Notes: a model not told the origin generated them from the sequence alone. Counted from the first letter of the whole stretch, positions 37,123-49,404 are shown. The stretch is 63,772 bases of DNA, filler included, from Chiloscyllium plagiosum (GCF_004010195.1; 4 parts of 2 records of this genome joined end to end with filler, not necessarily neighbours in it), one strand, 5' to 3'. A program made the numbers and translations.

Positions 37123-38270
37123 TACTCAGAGTAAAGATGACTGTGTCCCTGCTTTCTGTGCAAGACTTTGATGATCAAATGGTGAAGTGCACAGTAATTA
37201 CTGAAAGCTGGTATAACCAGAATTACACCTTCAAATTTGTAGAGTGCATTAGTTTTATCATAAAGAGACAATTCCTGGGTGAACTGTGATTTCATATGTC
37301 GATAGTGGATGAAAGTACGGACATTTTAGTACAAAACTGTTGATGTGTATGTCAAGATTTGTGCAGAATCTGAACTTGCTTACAAGACTGTCCTTGCAGA
37401 ATTTTTGAAACTGCTTGCAACAGTATCTCTATTGTGACAACAATCAAACAACTCTATGCTAACAGTGACCTTGATTTGCAAAACATGGTTTAGATCAGAC
37501 AAAGTTCCTGTTATTCTGAGAAAGAAAAATTGTCTAGCTGCATGCTTGGGACGCAAAATGAAACATTTGTCAGAATAGCATTGTGCTGCCCACAGAGAAG
37601 ATGTGGGAACAGATGCTGTTTGGCCAAGATATGCTTCTAAGAACAGTGTACACAATGTTCTGTAGGTCGGTTGTGAAGAAAGGACGATTTGAAGGTTTTG
37701 CCAAAGTCAGAGAGTGTTATACAGTGGCATTTTGACATCTGAATAAAGTGAGGTAGTTGTCAAGACACCTTTTTTTTTCCCAGTGGGTTTACTAATGCAA
37801 AATGACATTATGTTGTTCGAGTATTGCAAGTGATTAAGTGCAGCAATCCAATAAACAAATATGGCCTGACAATGCCCACAAGACCACAATATCACATCAC
37901 ACTGACAGCTCCGAATGATGTTCTCAGTGAATATTCCACTCCTTTACCAAACAATGTTAAAAGTGTGGCCACGAAGATACGTAAGTAATATTCCAGTTTC
38001 AAAATTAGGGTTGTGGGAAAAGTTAAGAAGAGTTCCATTCAGGCATTCGGTGAGTTCATGGACTACACACAGAAATTTATTTTCTTCTGGACAGTTACAT
38101 TTCAAGCATCATGCAGTGACAAAGATTTAGCTTCATGAACTTGATTAAGTGCAAATGCAAAAACAGATGAGAAATGGATCGCTTAATGTGGATTAAGTCA
38201 TAAATTTTATGTGGAAAAAAAATATCACCCTGAATGCAATATGCATTCATTGGGCAGCAATAAAAATGGA
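37123..38270 (+). pseudogene. Fossil hAT-superfamily transposase
   Basis: IVDESTDI at ~37302-37325; HCAAHR 37579-37596; LLRTVYTMFCRS; KVR*LSRH (RWLS motif); dimerisation-like FSFMNLIKCKCKNR..LMWIKS ~38126-38200; may start upstream of 36888. Confidence 0.72.
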
Positions 38271-38426
38271 CTTTAGAGGCCGCCAACAAAAAAGGGAATA
38301 TATTATGAGTGTCCTCTTTTGGTCATGGAGTTTATGTGGGGTACAGAGCCGCCACTAAACCGGTCCTCAGACTTCGAGCCAATCAAACAATTTTATTTAC
38401 TTTAACTAGTAGAATGTTGTAACTAT

Positions 38427-39770
38427 AAAACATAGAACATAGTACTGCACAGGAACAGGCCCTGCAGCCCACCATGTCTGTGCTGACCGTGATGTCATTC
38501 TAAATAAATTCCATCTGCCTACACATGGTCCATATCCCTCTATTCTCTGCCTGTTCATGTCTATGTCTAAATGCCTCTTACACGTTGCTGTTGTATCTGC
38601 TTCTACCACCTCACCTAACACGTGCTCCAGGCACTTACCACCTTCTGTGTTAAAAAGACTTTCCTCATACATCTCCTTTAAATTTTCTCCTCTCATCCTA
38701 AATCTATGCTGCCTGGTGTTTGACAATTCCACCCTGGGAAAAAGGCTCTGACTATCCACCCTATCCATGCCTATCAAGTTTATATACCTCTAAATGGTCG
38801 CCCCTCAGGCTCCGATGTTCTGGAGAAAGCAATCCAAGCTTGTCCAACCTCTCCTTGTAGCAAATGCACTCTAATCCCGAACACATCCTGGACAACCTGT
38901 TTTGCATCCTTTCCAACGACTCCACAGCCCCAGTGTAGTGAAAAGAACTGCACGTGGTACTCGAAATGTGGCCTGACCAAAATCTTATACAGTTGCAACA
39001 TGACTTGCCAACTTTAATACTTAATGTGATTGGAGAAACTGAGGACTGAAGATGCTGGAGAGTCAGAGTCGAAAAGTGTGGTGTTGGAAAAGCACAGCAG
39101 GTCAGGCAGCATCCGAGGAGCAGGAGAGTTGATGTTTTGGGCATAGGGCCTTCATTAGGAATGATCATCACATTCCTGATGAAGAGCTTATGCCCAATAA
39201 ATCGGTTTCCCTGTGCCTCGGATGCTGCCTGACCTGCTGTTCTTTCCCAGCACCACACATTTTGAATTTATACTTAATACCCTGACCAATGAAGTCATGC
39301 ATGCAGTATACCTTCTTTACATTTTCCACTTGTGCTGCCACTTTCAGCAGGGCATGGATTTGCACCTCAAGATGCTTTATGTATCAATGCTCCTAAGGGT
39401 CCGGCCATTTACTGGATATTTTCCTGTTGCATTTAAATTCCCAAAATTCATCACCTCACACTTGCCTGGATTAAACTCCATCTGCCATGTTTTCCTGTCC
39501 AACTTTCCAGCTGATCTATATCCTTTAATATTCACTATTCACAACCCTATTGATTCTTGTGTTGTCTGCAAACTTACTAATCAGACCACCTACATTCATC
39601 CAAATCATTCATTTATATTAAACCAACAGAGGTTCCAGTCCTGATCTTTGTGAAACATCACTTGTCACAGACCTGCAGTCAGAAAAACTCTATACCTACG
39701 CTCTGTCTTCTATGCCCAAGCCAATTTGGTATCCAACTGCCAATCCAACATGAATTCCATGCTATTTGGT
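38427..39770 (-). mobile_element. CR1 3' portion, interrupted by a fold-back insertion at ~39030-39264
   Basis: LYKILVRPHFEY, SLFPRVELSNTRQH; tail rc catagaacatag. Confidence 0.88.
39030..39264 (-). mobile_element. Fold-back Penelope-derived mini-insertion
   Basis: Inverted arms; approximate TSD actttaatacttaat / aatttatacttaat; cctgatgaagagcttatgccc at ~39175-39196. Confidence 0.8.
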
Positions 39771-39782
39771 AACATAATATAA

Positions 39783-39873
39783 AGACCATAAGACCATCAG
39801 ACCAAAAGACATAGGAGCGGAAGTAAGGCCAGTCGGCCCATCGAGTCCACTCCGCCATTCAATCATGGCTGAT
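39783..39873 (-). mobile_element. Short CR1 3' tail
   Basis: rc of the 1-194 tail: agaccataagacc..taggagcggaagtaaggcc. Confidence 0.85.
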
Positions 39874-40084
39874 GCTGATGCATAAATGCAGACTTCCAGT
39901 AGCTAACACTGTAAACAAAAAAACTGTGACTGTAAAATAATATAAATGTACATCTTAATAGTTAATAAGCAAATTGTGAAAAACAAATTGGAATATGACT
40001 TCCGCTCTGGATATGCAATGTGGCTCTGAGTTCCACACAGGTCCCAGAAATATTAAAGCGAACAATGATCTCGAATCAAACCGA

Positions 40085-40505
40085 AAGAAATGCGGATGCT
40101 GTAAATCAGAAATAAAACAAAAGTTGCTGGAAAAACTCAGCAGGTCTGGCAGCATCTGCGAAGAGAAGTCAAAGAGTTAACGTTTCGGGTCCGGTGACCC
40201 TTCCTCAGAACTGACGGTAGCGAGGAAAATGTCGGTTTATATGCAGAAATAGGGTGGAGGTAGGGGGTAAGAAGTAAACGATAGGTAGGGATAGATTCCC
40301 CCATGTCCTAGCCATTTACCACACACACCAGGCCTTGTTATCACTTGATATGCCATTACGCACTAACTATTGTTAGCCACTAACAGCCTCCATTAACAGA
40401 TATTCACCCTCCCAGACAGGGTAGTATCAACTTTTTTGTCTGTTCAACTGCTGTTCTCTCCCTTTGGGCTCTAACCCGACTGATTGTTTAGTCCTTACCC
40501 TCTCA
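40085..40505. mobile_element. Penelope-derived element, inverted arms, truncated
   Basis: Minus terminal arm 40085-40295, then plus-strand pyrimidine-rich 3' region. Confidence 0.6.
40178..40210 (-). ncRNA. Best-preserved minimal hammerhead-like motif
   Basis: rc reads ttCTGAGGA-A-GGGTC-accg-GACCC-GAAACGTTa: core, 5-bp stem II, palindromic ACGT. Confidence 0.6.
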
Positions 40506-40507
40506 CC

Positions 40508-41660
40508 AGTTAGTGATGAGGGAGTCTGAGGGGGATGGAGGGTTAGTGATGAGGGAGCCTGAGGGAGATGCAGAGTTAGTGATGAGGGAGTCTGAGGGGG
40601 ATGGAGAGTTAGTGATGAGGGAGCCTGAGGGAGATGCAGAGTTAGTGATGAGGGAATCTGAGGGGGATGGAGAGTTAGTGANNNNNNNNNNNNNNNNNNN
40701 NNNNNNNNNNNNNNNNNNNNNNNNNNNNNNNNNNNNNNNNNNNNNNNNNNNNNNNNNNNNNNNNNNNNNNNNNNNNNNNNNNNNNNNNNNNNNNNNNNNN
40801 NNNNNNNNNNNNNNNNNNNNNNNNNNNNNNNNNNNNNNNNNNNNNNNNNNNNNNNNNNNNNNNNNNNNNNNNNNNNNNNNNNNNNNNNNNNNNNNNNNNN
40901 NNNNNNNNNNNNNNNNNNNNNNNNNNNNNNNNNNNNNNNNNNNNNNNNNNNNNNNNNNNNNNNNNNNNNNNNNNNNNNNNNNNNNNNNNNNNNNNNNNNN
41001 NNNNNNNNNNNNNNNNNNNNNNNNNNNNNNNNNNNNNNNNNNNNNNNNNNNNNNNNNNNNNNNNNNNNNNNNNNNNNNNNNNNNNNNNNNNNNNNNNNNN
41101 NNNNNNNNNNNNNNNNNNNNNNNNNNNNNNNNNNNNNNNNNNNNNNNNNNNNNNNNNNNNNNNNNNNNNNNNNNNNNNNNNNNNNNNNNNNNNNNNNNNN
41201 NNNNNNNNNNNNNNNNNNNNNNNNNNNNNNNNNNNNNNNNNNNNNNNNNNNNNNNNNNNNNNNNNNNNNNNNNNNNNNNNNNNNNNNNNNNNNNNNNNNN
41301 NNNNNNNNNNNNNNNNNNNNNNNNNNNNNNNNNNNNNNNNNNNNNNNNNNNNNNNNNNNNNNNNNNNNNNNNNNNNNNNNNNNNNNNNNNNNNNNNNNNN
41401 NNNNNNNNNNNNNNNNNNNNNNNNNNNNNNNNNNNNNNNNNNATGAGGGCGACTGAGGGGGATGGAGAGTTAGTGATGAGGTAGACTGAGGGGGATGCAG
41501 GGTTAGTGGTGAGGGAGACTGAGGGGAATGCAGGGTTGGTGGTGAGGGAGCCTGAGGGGGATGCAGGGTTGGTGGTGAGGGAGCCTGGGGGGCATACAGA
41601 GTTAGTGGTGTGAGAGCCTGAGGACGTAGCAGGGTTAGTGGTGAGGGAGCCCAAGAGGGA
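40508..41660. repeat. 33-bp minisatellite spanning N gap 40682-41442
   Basis: Unit tagtgatgagggagcctgagggagatgcagagt with alternating variants; decays toward 41660. Confidence 0.93.
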
Positions 41661-41789
41661 TAACCAGGCAAGTGAATGTGTTTCAGGCAACAGCCAATGT
41701 CATGGAACATGAGTCTGGGTAGGAGACGGAGGAAGCATTAGCAGAGATAGAAAGTGTGTGAGGTGGCGGAGTGAAGAGTATGGCATTTA

Positions 41790-41920
41790 CCCTAGCAGAG
41801 GTCATTGACCTTCCTTCTGCATTTATGTATCTGCCTTCTGGACATGGCACTAACCTGGATGGCAACCTTAGACCAGGCTGGAAGGGTCATGTGGTGCAGT
41901 CTTCCTCTCCAGGTGCCAAT
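41790..41920 (-). pseudogene. Fossil Myb/SANT-like domain (PIF/Harbinger type)
   Basis: rc translation HMTLPAWSKVAIQVSAMSRRQIHKCRRKVNDL followed by a gtaa donor-like site. Confidence 0.55.
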
Positions 41921-42169
41921 TGGAGACCATTTTCTTCTTATTCACTGTGTACTGATTCAACAAGCAAAGCAGTTGTGGAGTAGGCAGTGTCCACTGAGCT
42001 CTCTCGTGGCCTGTTAGAGGTGGCATAGGCACAGGGTTAGCCAGTCTTTAAGTGGATATTTGGCTAATGGCGAGTTGGTCTAAGAATGGCATGTGGTAAG
42101 ATGGAGCAGGAATTGGACAAGAGAGGAGCAATAGTAGGTAATGAATGAGGTGAGTTTGGTGAAACTCGC

Positions 42170-42322
42170 CTCGTGTGTCTTGTGTTCACTTCTGGTCATC
42201 CAATTACCAGAAAGATGTAGAAGCTTTAGAGAGGATGTAGAGGAGATTTACCAGGATGGTGCCTGGACTGGAGGGCATGTCTTATGAAGAGACGTTGAGG
42301 GAGCTCAGGCTTTTCTCATTGG
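42170..42322 (+). mobile_element. CR1 fragment; a CR1 3' end follows at ~43565-43706
   Basis: RRFTRMVPGLEGMSYEETLRELRLFSLE. Confidence 0.8.
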
Positions 42323-43085
42323 AGCCCCACCTTCCACCCTACCAACCTTCGCATAAACCAAATCATCCGACGACATTTCCGCCATCTCCAAACAGACCCC
42401 ACCACCAGGGACATAGCTCCCTCCCCATCCCTTTCCGCCTTCCGCAAAGACCGTTCCCTCTGTGACTACCTGGTCAGGTCCACGCGCCCCTACAACCCAC
42501 CCTCCTGTCTTGGCATCTTCCCCTGCCACCGCAGGAATTGCAAAACCTGTGCCCACATCTCCTCCCTCACCTCCATCCAAGGCCCTAAAGGAGCCTTCCA
42601 CATCCATCAAAGTTTTACCTGCACATCCACCAATATCATTTATTGTATCCGTTGCTCCCGATGCGGTCTCCTCTACATTGGGGAGACTGGACGCCTCCTA
42701 GCAGAGCGCTTTAGGGAACATCTCTGATTTAGGGAACAACCCGCACCAATCAACCACACCGCCCTGTGGCCCAACATTTCAACTCCCCCTCCCACTCTGC
42801 TGAGGACATGCAGGTCTTGGGCCTCCTTCACCGCCGCTCCCCCACCACGAGACGCCTGGAGGAATAACGCCTCATCTTCCGCCTCGGAACACTTCAACCC
42901 CAGGGCATCAATGTGGACTTCAACAGTTTCCTCATTTCCCCTTCCCCCACCTCACCCTAGTCCCAAACTTCCAGCTCAGCACTGTCCCCATGACTTGTCA
43001 GGAGTTGTCCTACCTGCCTATCTCCTTTTCCACCTATCCACTCCACCCTCTCCTCCCTGACCTATCACCTTCATCCCCTCCCCCA
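42323..43085 (+). mobile_element. Penelope-like GIY-YIG region, truncated by gap
   Basis: CHRRNCKTCAH, IIYCIRCSRCGLLYIGETGRLLAERFREH. Confidence 0.92.
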
Positions 43086-43435
43086 NNNNNNNNNNNNNNN
43101 NNNNNNNNNNNNNNNNNNNNNNNNNNNNNNNNNNNNNNNNNNNNNNNNNNNNNNNNNNNNNNNNNNNNNNNNNNNNNNNNNNNNNNNNNNNNNNNNNNNN
43201 NNNNNNNNNNNNNNNNNNNNNNNNNNNNNNNNNNNNNNNNNNNNNNNNNNNNNNNNNNNNNNNNNNNNNNNNNNNNNNNNNNNNNNNNNNNNNNNNNNNN
43301 NNNNNNNNNNNNNNNNNNNNNNNNNNNNNNNNNNNNNNNNNNNNNNNNNNNNNNNNNNNNNNNNNNNNNNNNNNNNNNNNNNNNNNNNNNNNNNNNNNNN
43401 NNNNNNNNNNNNNNNNNNNNNNNNNNNNNNNNNNN

Positions 43436-43563
43436 CCGGAGGAAACCCACGCAGACACGGGGAGAACGTGCAAACTCCACACAGTTAGTCGCCTGAGGCG
43501 GGAAATGAACCCGGGTCTCTGGCGCTGTGAGGCAGCAGTGCTAACCACTGTGCCACCGTGCCG
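43436..43563 (-). mobile_element. HE1/V-SINE head (tRNA-like part and V-domain start)
   Basis: rc cggcacggtggcacagtggttagcactgctgcctcacagcgccagagacccgggttc. Confidence 0.88.
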
Positions 43564-44848
43564 TAGATTCAGATACTTTCAGGACATTCAAGCCACTCTT
43601 GGATAGGCACATGAATGATAGTACAAAGAAAGGTATGTAGGTTAGTCTGACCTTAGCGTAGGATAAAAGGCTGAGAGAACATTGTGCCATGCTGTTCTAT
43701 GTTCTAACACATTAGGCCTCACTGCAAAAAGAACTATGGAGAGAGGACAGGAAGTGAGACCACCAAGATGGGATGAGCCATGATTTTATGAAATGAAGGA
43801 ACAGGCTCAGGGCGCTGGATGGAATGTCTTCTCCTGATCTGAGTTCTTATGCTTTTATTTAGTTCTCAAACTTTATCTGCCATTCGACAAAACTGTGTCT
43901 GGTTTAATTGCAACTTTAATTGTTCACTTACATTCAGCTACCAAGTCCTCTTCTTCCTGAATTATAATTAACTGAAAGCACTGAAAATAGAACCTACAAC
44001 ACAAAAATTACAAACTGCTGCTTGAATAATCAAAGTTGAACTAACTTGCTAATTGTCTATCTCAGTTTCAAGCATAACAATAAAAGATCTATAAAAACAT
44101 GAGTCAGATATGTGAAATTAATTAGCTTTTGCAATTCATAGAAGCAGTAGCACATCGTTATTACATGCAGTCTTGCGTGAGCCATTGTAACTATGTCTCA
44201 TTTAAACCTTTACATTAAAGTCTTCCCATAATTTTAATGCATGTTACATCACAGAATGATACCACAAATCTATAGTGCCTATGCTGATTGGCTCTTTAAA
44301 GGAGTAATCTAATTAATTTCAATGTCTCGTTCTTTCTCTGTAGTCCTGCATTTATTTTCCTTTTTAAGTACGTATTCAATTCTATTTTGAAAGTTATGAG
44401 TGAACATGTTTCTGTCGTTGTTTCAGGCGATATGTTTTCAATGTTAATTCTTTGCATTTAATTAGACGTAATTTCCGTAACTCCTCCAGGGTACTTTTGC
44501 TAATCATCTCAAACCTGTATCCTGTGATTTTTACCCTTCTGCCAATGGAAAAAAAAATGCCATAATAAGTTGAGAGCTTTGGTGAATTAAATTCTAAAGT
44601 CACTTGCCTCATGATAGTCATATTTTAAAATATGAGACTACATTCACTATACTAAAACAATATCTGATGGTTAGTAAGATCTGACGGTGTTGTGTTTAAG
44701 AGCTTATAGAACACTCAACTGCTGCTAAATTTCACAACGTGTCAAAGAGTGTAATTTTAATATGGGAGCTGTTTAGATTCCTCTGACTTACCTAAATATT
44801 TTAGACTAGGGTTTTCTTTACAGCAGAAATACTATTTTAAAATCTTAC

Positions 44849-44900
44849 CGCCTCTCAAGAAACTCCACAAATGTATTTCGAATGAGGCAGAAGGATTGAG
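44849..44900 (-). other. Candidate 52-bp host exon (unidentified)
   Basis: Pyrimidine-rich acceptor tttacatctccattttatgttgtcag and donor cg|gtaaga in non-repetitive DNA; two frames open. Confidence 0.3.
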
Positions 44901-45247
44901 CTGACAACATAAAATGGAGATGTAAAAGTAAATTTAATGTCATATTGTTAATGGGTTTCAGTTGCAACTTTTTTTGCATTGGGTAAGGAGTCATTTTTCT
45001 TTGGCATTTTGATACTGTGAAAGAGTGAGAGATCACTGTCAAGAGATAGTGAATGTGAAAAGAGTTACTGTTTTCAAAGTTGTCCATTTAAATTTCATTT
45101 TAATTATTCTTCATCGTTAAAACTGCAAAGGTTGAAAGACTGCAAAAACAATTAGCAATGTGTTTGTACAAAGGTTAGCTACAGCATTCCTTCAAGTCAT
45201 TTCAAATATGTTTATATTCATTTGGACTCAGTTTTGTTGTTATGTAT

Positions 45248-45345
45248 GCTGAAAAATGTGTTGCTGGAAAAGCGCAGCAGGTCAGGCAGCATCCAAGGAG
45301 CAGGAGAATCAACGTTTCGGGCATAATCCCTTCTTCAGGAATCAG
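45248..45345 (-). mobile_element. Penelope terminal remnant with hammerhead-like motif (45311-45338)
   Basis: rc CTGAAGA-A-GGGA-TTAT-GCCC-GAAACGTT. Confidence 0.8.
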
Positions 45346-45396
45346 CTACGAGCTAATGAGGGCAGGAATAGGAGGATAGATCAGATGAATGCATCT

Positions 45397-46765
45397 GAAC
45401 TATAGATCAGTGAGCCTGATGTCAGCAATGGGCACATTGTTGGAGGGAATCCTGAGGGACAGGATGTACATGTATTTGGAAAGGCAAGGACTGATTAGAG
45501 ATAGTCAATGTGGCTTTGTGCATGGGAAATCATGTCTCACAAACTTGATTGAGTTTTTTGAAGAAGTAAAGAAGAGGATTGATAAGTGCAGAGCAGTGGC
45601 CAGGTTCTATATGGACTTCAGTAAGGCTTTCGACAAGGTTCCCCATGGTAGAACTGATTAGCAAGGTTAGATCTCATGAAATACACAGAGAGCTAGCCAT
45701 TTGGATACAGAACTGGCTCAAAGGTAGAAGACAGAGGGTGGTGGTGGAGGGTTGCTTTTCAGACTGGAGCCTGTGACCAGTGGAGTGCCACAAGTATTGG
45801 TGCTGGGTACCCTTTATACAAATGACTTGGATGTGAACATAGGAGGTATGGTTAGTATGCTTGCAGATGACACCAAAATTGGTGGTGTAGTGGACAGCGA
45901 AGAGGATTACCTCAGAGTACAATGGGATCTTGATTAGGTGGGCTGATGGACCAAGGAGTGGCAGATGGAGCTTAATTTAGATAAATGTGGGGTGCTACAC
46001 TTTGGAAAGGCAAATCAGGCCAGGACTTATACACTTAATGGTAAGGTCCTCGCAAGTGTTGCTGAACAAAGAGACCTCAGAGTGCAGGTTCATAATTCTT
46101 TGAAAATGGAATCACAGGTAGATATGATAGTGAAGAAGATGTTGGGTATGCTTTCCTTTACTGGTCGATGCATTGAGTACAGGAGTTGAGAGGTCATGTT
46201 GCACCTGTACAGGTTATTGGTCAGGCCACTTTTGGAATATTGCATTCAATTTTGATCTCCCTGCTTGTGAATCTTGAAAGGGTTCAGAAAAGATTTACAA
46301 GGATGTTTCCAGGGTTGGAGGATTTGAGGGAGAGGCTGAATAGGCTGGGGCTGTTTTCCCTGGAGCGTGGAGGCTGAGGGGTGACCTTATGGAGGCTTAT
46401 AAAATCATGAGGGGCATGGATAGGATAAACAGACAAAGTCTTGTCCCTGGGGTGGGAGAGTCCAAATGGAGGGCATAGGTTTAAGGTGAAAGGGGAAAGC
46501 TTTGAAAGGGATCTAAGGGGCAACATTTTCATGTAGAGGGCGGTGCGTGCAAAGAATGAGCTGCCAGAAGAATTGGTGGAGGCTGGTACAATTACAACAT
46601 TTAAAAGGTATCTAGCTGGGTATATGAATAGGAAGGGTTTAGAGGGAGATGGGCCAAATGCTGGCAAGTGGGACTAGATCAGTTTAGGATATCTGGTCAG
46701 GCATGGATGAGTTCAACTGAAGGGTCCGTTTCCATGCTGCATATCTGCATGACTCTATGACTCTC
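45397..46765 (+). mobile_element. CR1 RT to 3' end
   Basis: YMDFSKAFDKVPH, SGVPQ, LADDTKIGG; tail gactctatgactct. Confidence 0.92.
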
Positions 46766-46894
46766 AGCTGTAGGTTCAAGCAATTGATTGACTCAATATA
46801 TAATCCAGCTGATGCTGCAATGGAGTAGATCCTGCAATGTTTCACTATCTTTCGGATAAAATCTAGAACTGAGAGCCCATTTGCTTGATCAGTA

Positions 46895-47070
46895 AAGCAA
46901 CAATTAGTATTTATAGTGCCTTTAACTCAGTAAAATGACCCAAGATACTTCAGAGGAACATTATCAAATTGAATTTGATATTGAGCCACATAAGGATAGA
47001 TATGCTAGGACATGTGACGAAAACATTGACCATTGCGGTGGGAGTATTTTATAGTAAGGGAACAAGCTGA
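46895..47070 (-). mobile_element. Old L2-like 3' end
   Basis: rc aagtatcttgggtcattttactgagttaaaggcactataaatac resembles the L2-type 3' terminus. Confidence 0.45.
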
Positions 47071-47699
47071 TGAGGCAGAAATGCCAGGCAGTGCTGTCAT
47101 TGTGTACCAGTGGTAGAGGGGTGAGGATTGTATTGATGACAATACGTGTGGCATTAACATTAGCCGACAAAAAATATAGTCATTCTCTGTAACAGCATCA
47201 TTCCTGAACTTTAACAATTTGATGATTACAGGTAGAGGCAGACTAATAAAACACAGTTAAACCAAACCCCACCCATGCAATGTAATTATTGTAATTATAC
47301 GCTAAATGGCAAGAAGAGTTGTCTTATTCTATACATACGTATTAGAATTACTATTTTTAACAAATGAATTTGCCATCAAGTATTTTTAAACTAATAGTGA
47401 CATCTAATTTGATGCTGGGCTTTTGCATATCTCCCATAAGCTTCAAATATAACTGTTAATGAATTCTGGTATCATTTTCAATGTTTTCCTCACAAAGTTT
47501 AATAAGATTTATTTTTCTACCAAATGCAACTTGCTACAATCTTGACAGATTGAATAAATGTGGGAATTTATCGAGATATGATTTTTTTAATTTTACATGG
47601 AGAAAGCTTTGGTTCTGATTTCCAGGATTCTTGACCAACTCAGTCACCTGTGCTGCAGTTGCCATCTGCACAGTCTGAGATGAAGGCGAAATGAAAGCA

Positions 47700-49290
47700 G
47701 ACAAGGTGCCTGCAGATAAAGGAAGGAAGGAGGCCTCTGAGCTGGAGCCCTTATCCATCCTGGGTCTTCATGGAGCACTGCTTTTACCTCAGTTGAAATC
47801 TAACGCAGTGCATGCATTTTATGAAGGAGGTGCTCACAGAAGCTGTTGTCATTTGCAATCAGACCTGAAACCTCAGCAGGGAGGCAAGAATGCTGTCTAC
47901 TCTGCTGAACATTTCCAGCATAGAGTTCCAACATCTTGAGTTTATAAGAGAATTCCATAGTGCCAGCATTTACAGTAGCTATGAGGTCACAATGGATATG
48001 AATTTCCATACATCAAGATCATCCCAAGTTGAACCAGGCAATATTTATTTTATCTTTTTAGATCACTGCAGCACAAGAGAAATGGCAGGTCAGAAATGCG
48101 TGGAGCCGGGAAGTATTGAGTTCCGACAGAAGTAGGCAGAACAACACAGGCCATGCTAGAATGGTAGGCTTTCCCATTATGCAGTGCACCATGATTTACA
48201 TACACTCGGTTTTTTTGAACATTCCCAATTAAGCAGAGTCAAAGAGTCGCACAGCACAGAAACAGACCCTTCGGTCCAACAAGTCCATGCCGCACATAAT
48301 CCCAAACTAAACCAGTCTCTCCTGGTCCATATCCCTCCAAACCTTTCCTGTTCCTGGATCTATCTGAATGCCTTGTAATTGCACCCGCATCCGTCACTTT
48401 CTCAGAAAGTTCATTCCACACCCGAACCACCCTCTGGGTAAAAACACTTGCTTCTTATGTTTTGTTTAAATCCCTCTCCTTTCACTCTAAAAATGTGGCC
48501 CTTAGCCTTGAAATCGCTCATCCTTGGTAAAAGACACCTAACATTAACTCTACCTATTCCTCTCATTATGTTGTGAACTTCTTTCAGGTCGCCTCTCAAC
48601 CTCCCACACTTCAGTGAAAAAAGTCCCAGCCTATCCAGCCTTTCTTTATAACTTAAACATTCCATATCCAGCAACATCTTGGTAAGTCTCTTTTGAACCA
48701 TCTCCAGTTTGATAATATTCTTCCTATAACTGGGCAACTAGAACTGGACATAGAATTCCAGGAGAGACCTCATCAATGTCCTGTACAACCTCAATACGAC
48801 TTCCCATCTCTTATATTTGAAGGACTGAGCAATGAAGGAAAGCGTGTCAAGTGCATTTTTAACCACCCTGGCTATATATGATGGAAACTTCAAAGAATTA
48901 TATATCTGCGCCCCTAGGTCCCTCTGTTCTACAACACTACCCAAGGCCCTACCATTAATTGTATAAGTCCTACCCTTGTTTGTTGTATAAAAATTCAATA
49001 CCTCGTACTTATCCAGATTGAACTCCATTTGCCATTTTCAGCCCATTGACCCATTTGATCAAGATCCCTTTGTAATCTTAGAAATGTCTTGACGTACTAC
49101 AATTGCAAAGGTTATTCCTCACTGAGTGTACAGTTGATATCCCTGACCAAAGTCATGGTGCCTTTATCCTGGGACAGGCCACTTGTTTCCACATCTTGTC
49201 AAAAACATTAGGTAGCTACTGAACAGCAATGGCTATCGAATTGCCCACAATAACATGTGGGCATCAAATGAATTGAGAGCCATGCATGTT
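47700..49290 (+). pseudogene. Fossil PIF/Harbinger (HARBI1-like) DDE transposase, split by a CR1
   Basis: LQSDLKPQ; EVTMDMNFHTSRSSQ; ARMVGFPIMQ before 48235; after 49090 NCKGYSSLSVQL, PDQSHGAFIL, *LLNSNGY, ESHA in the canonical order. Confidence 0.68.
48236..49085 (-). mobile_element. CR1 3' portion
   Basis: ORFs 48738-49028 and 48411-48737 (MEFNLDK.., RLDRLGLFSL..RGDL). Confidence 0.9.
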
Positions 49291-49404
49291 CTTTTTGATT
49301 ATTCAGGATGTTATCCTCACAAGCAATCATAATTCTGTACAATCTATGAGCTTGAAAAAGAGAGAGATTAATCCATATATTGGCTGTCACTAATAAGGAC
49401 ATTG

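Noticed and set aside
40427..41710. Long Pro/Ser-rich ORFs (323-427 aa)
   Set aside because: Minisatellite read-through plus N-run translation
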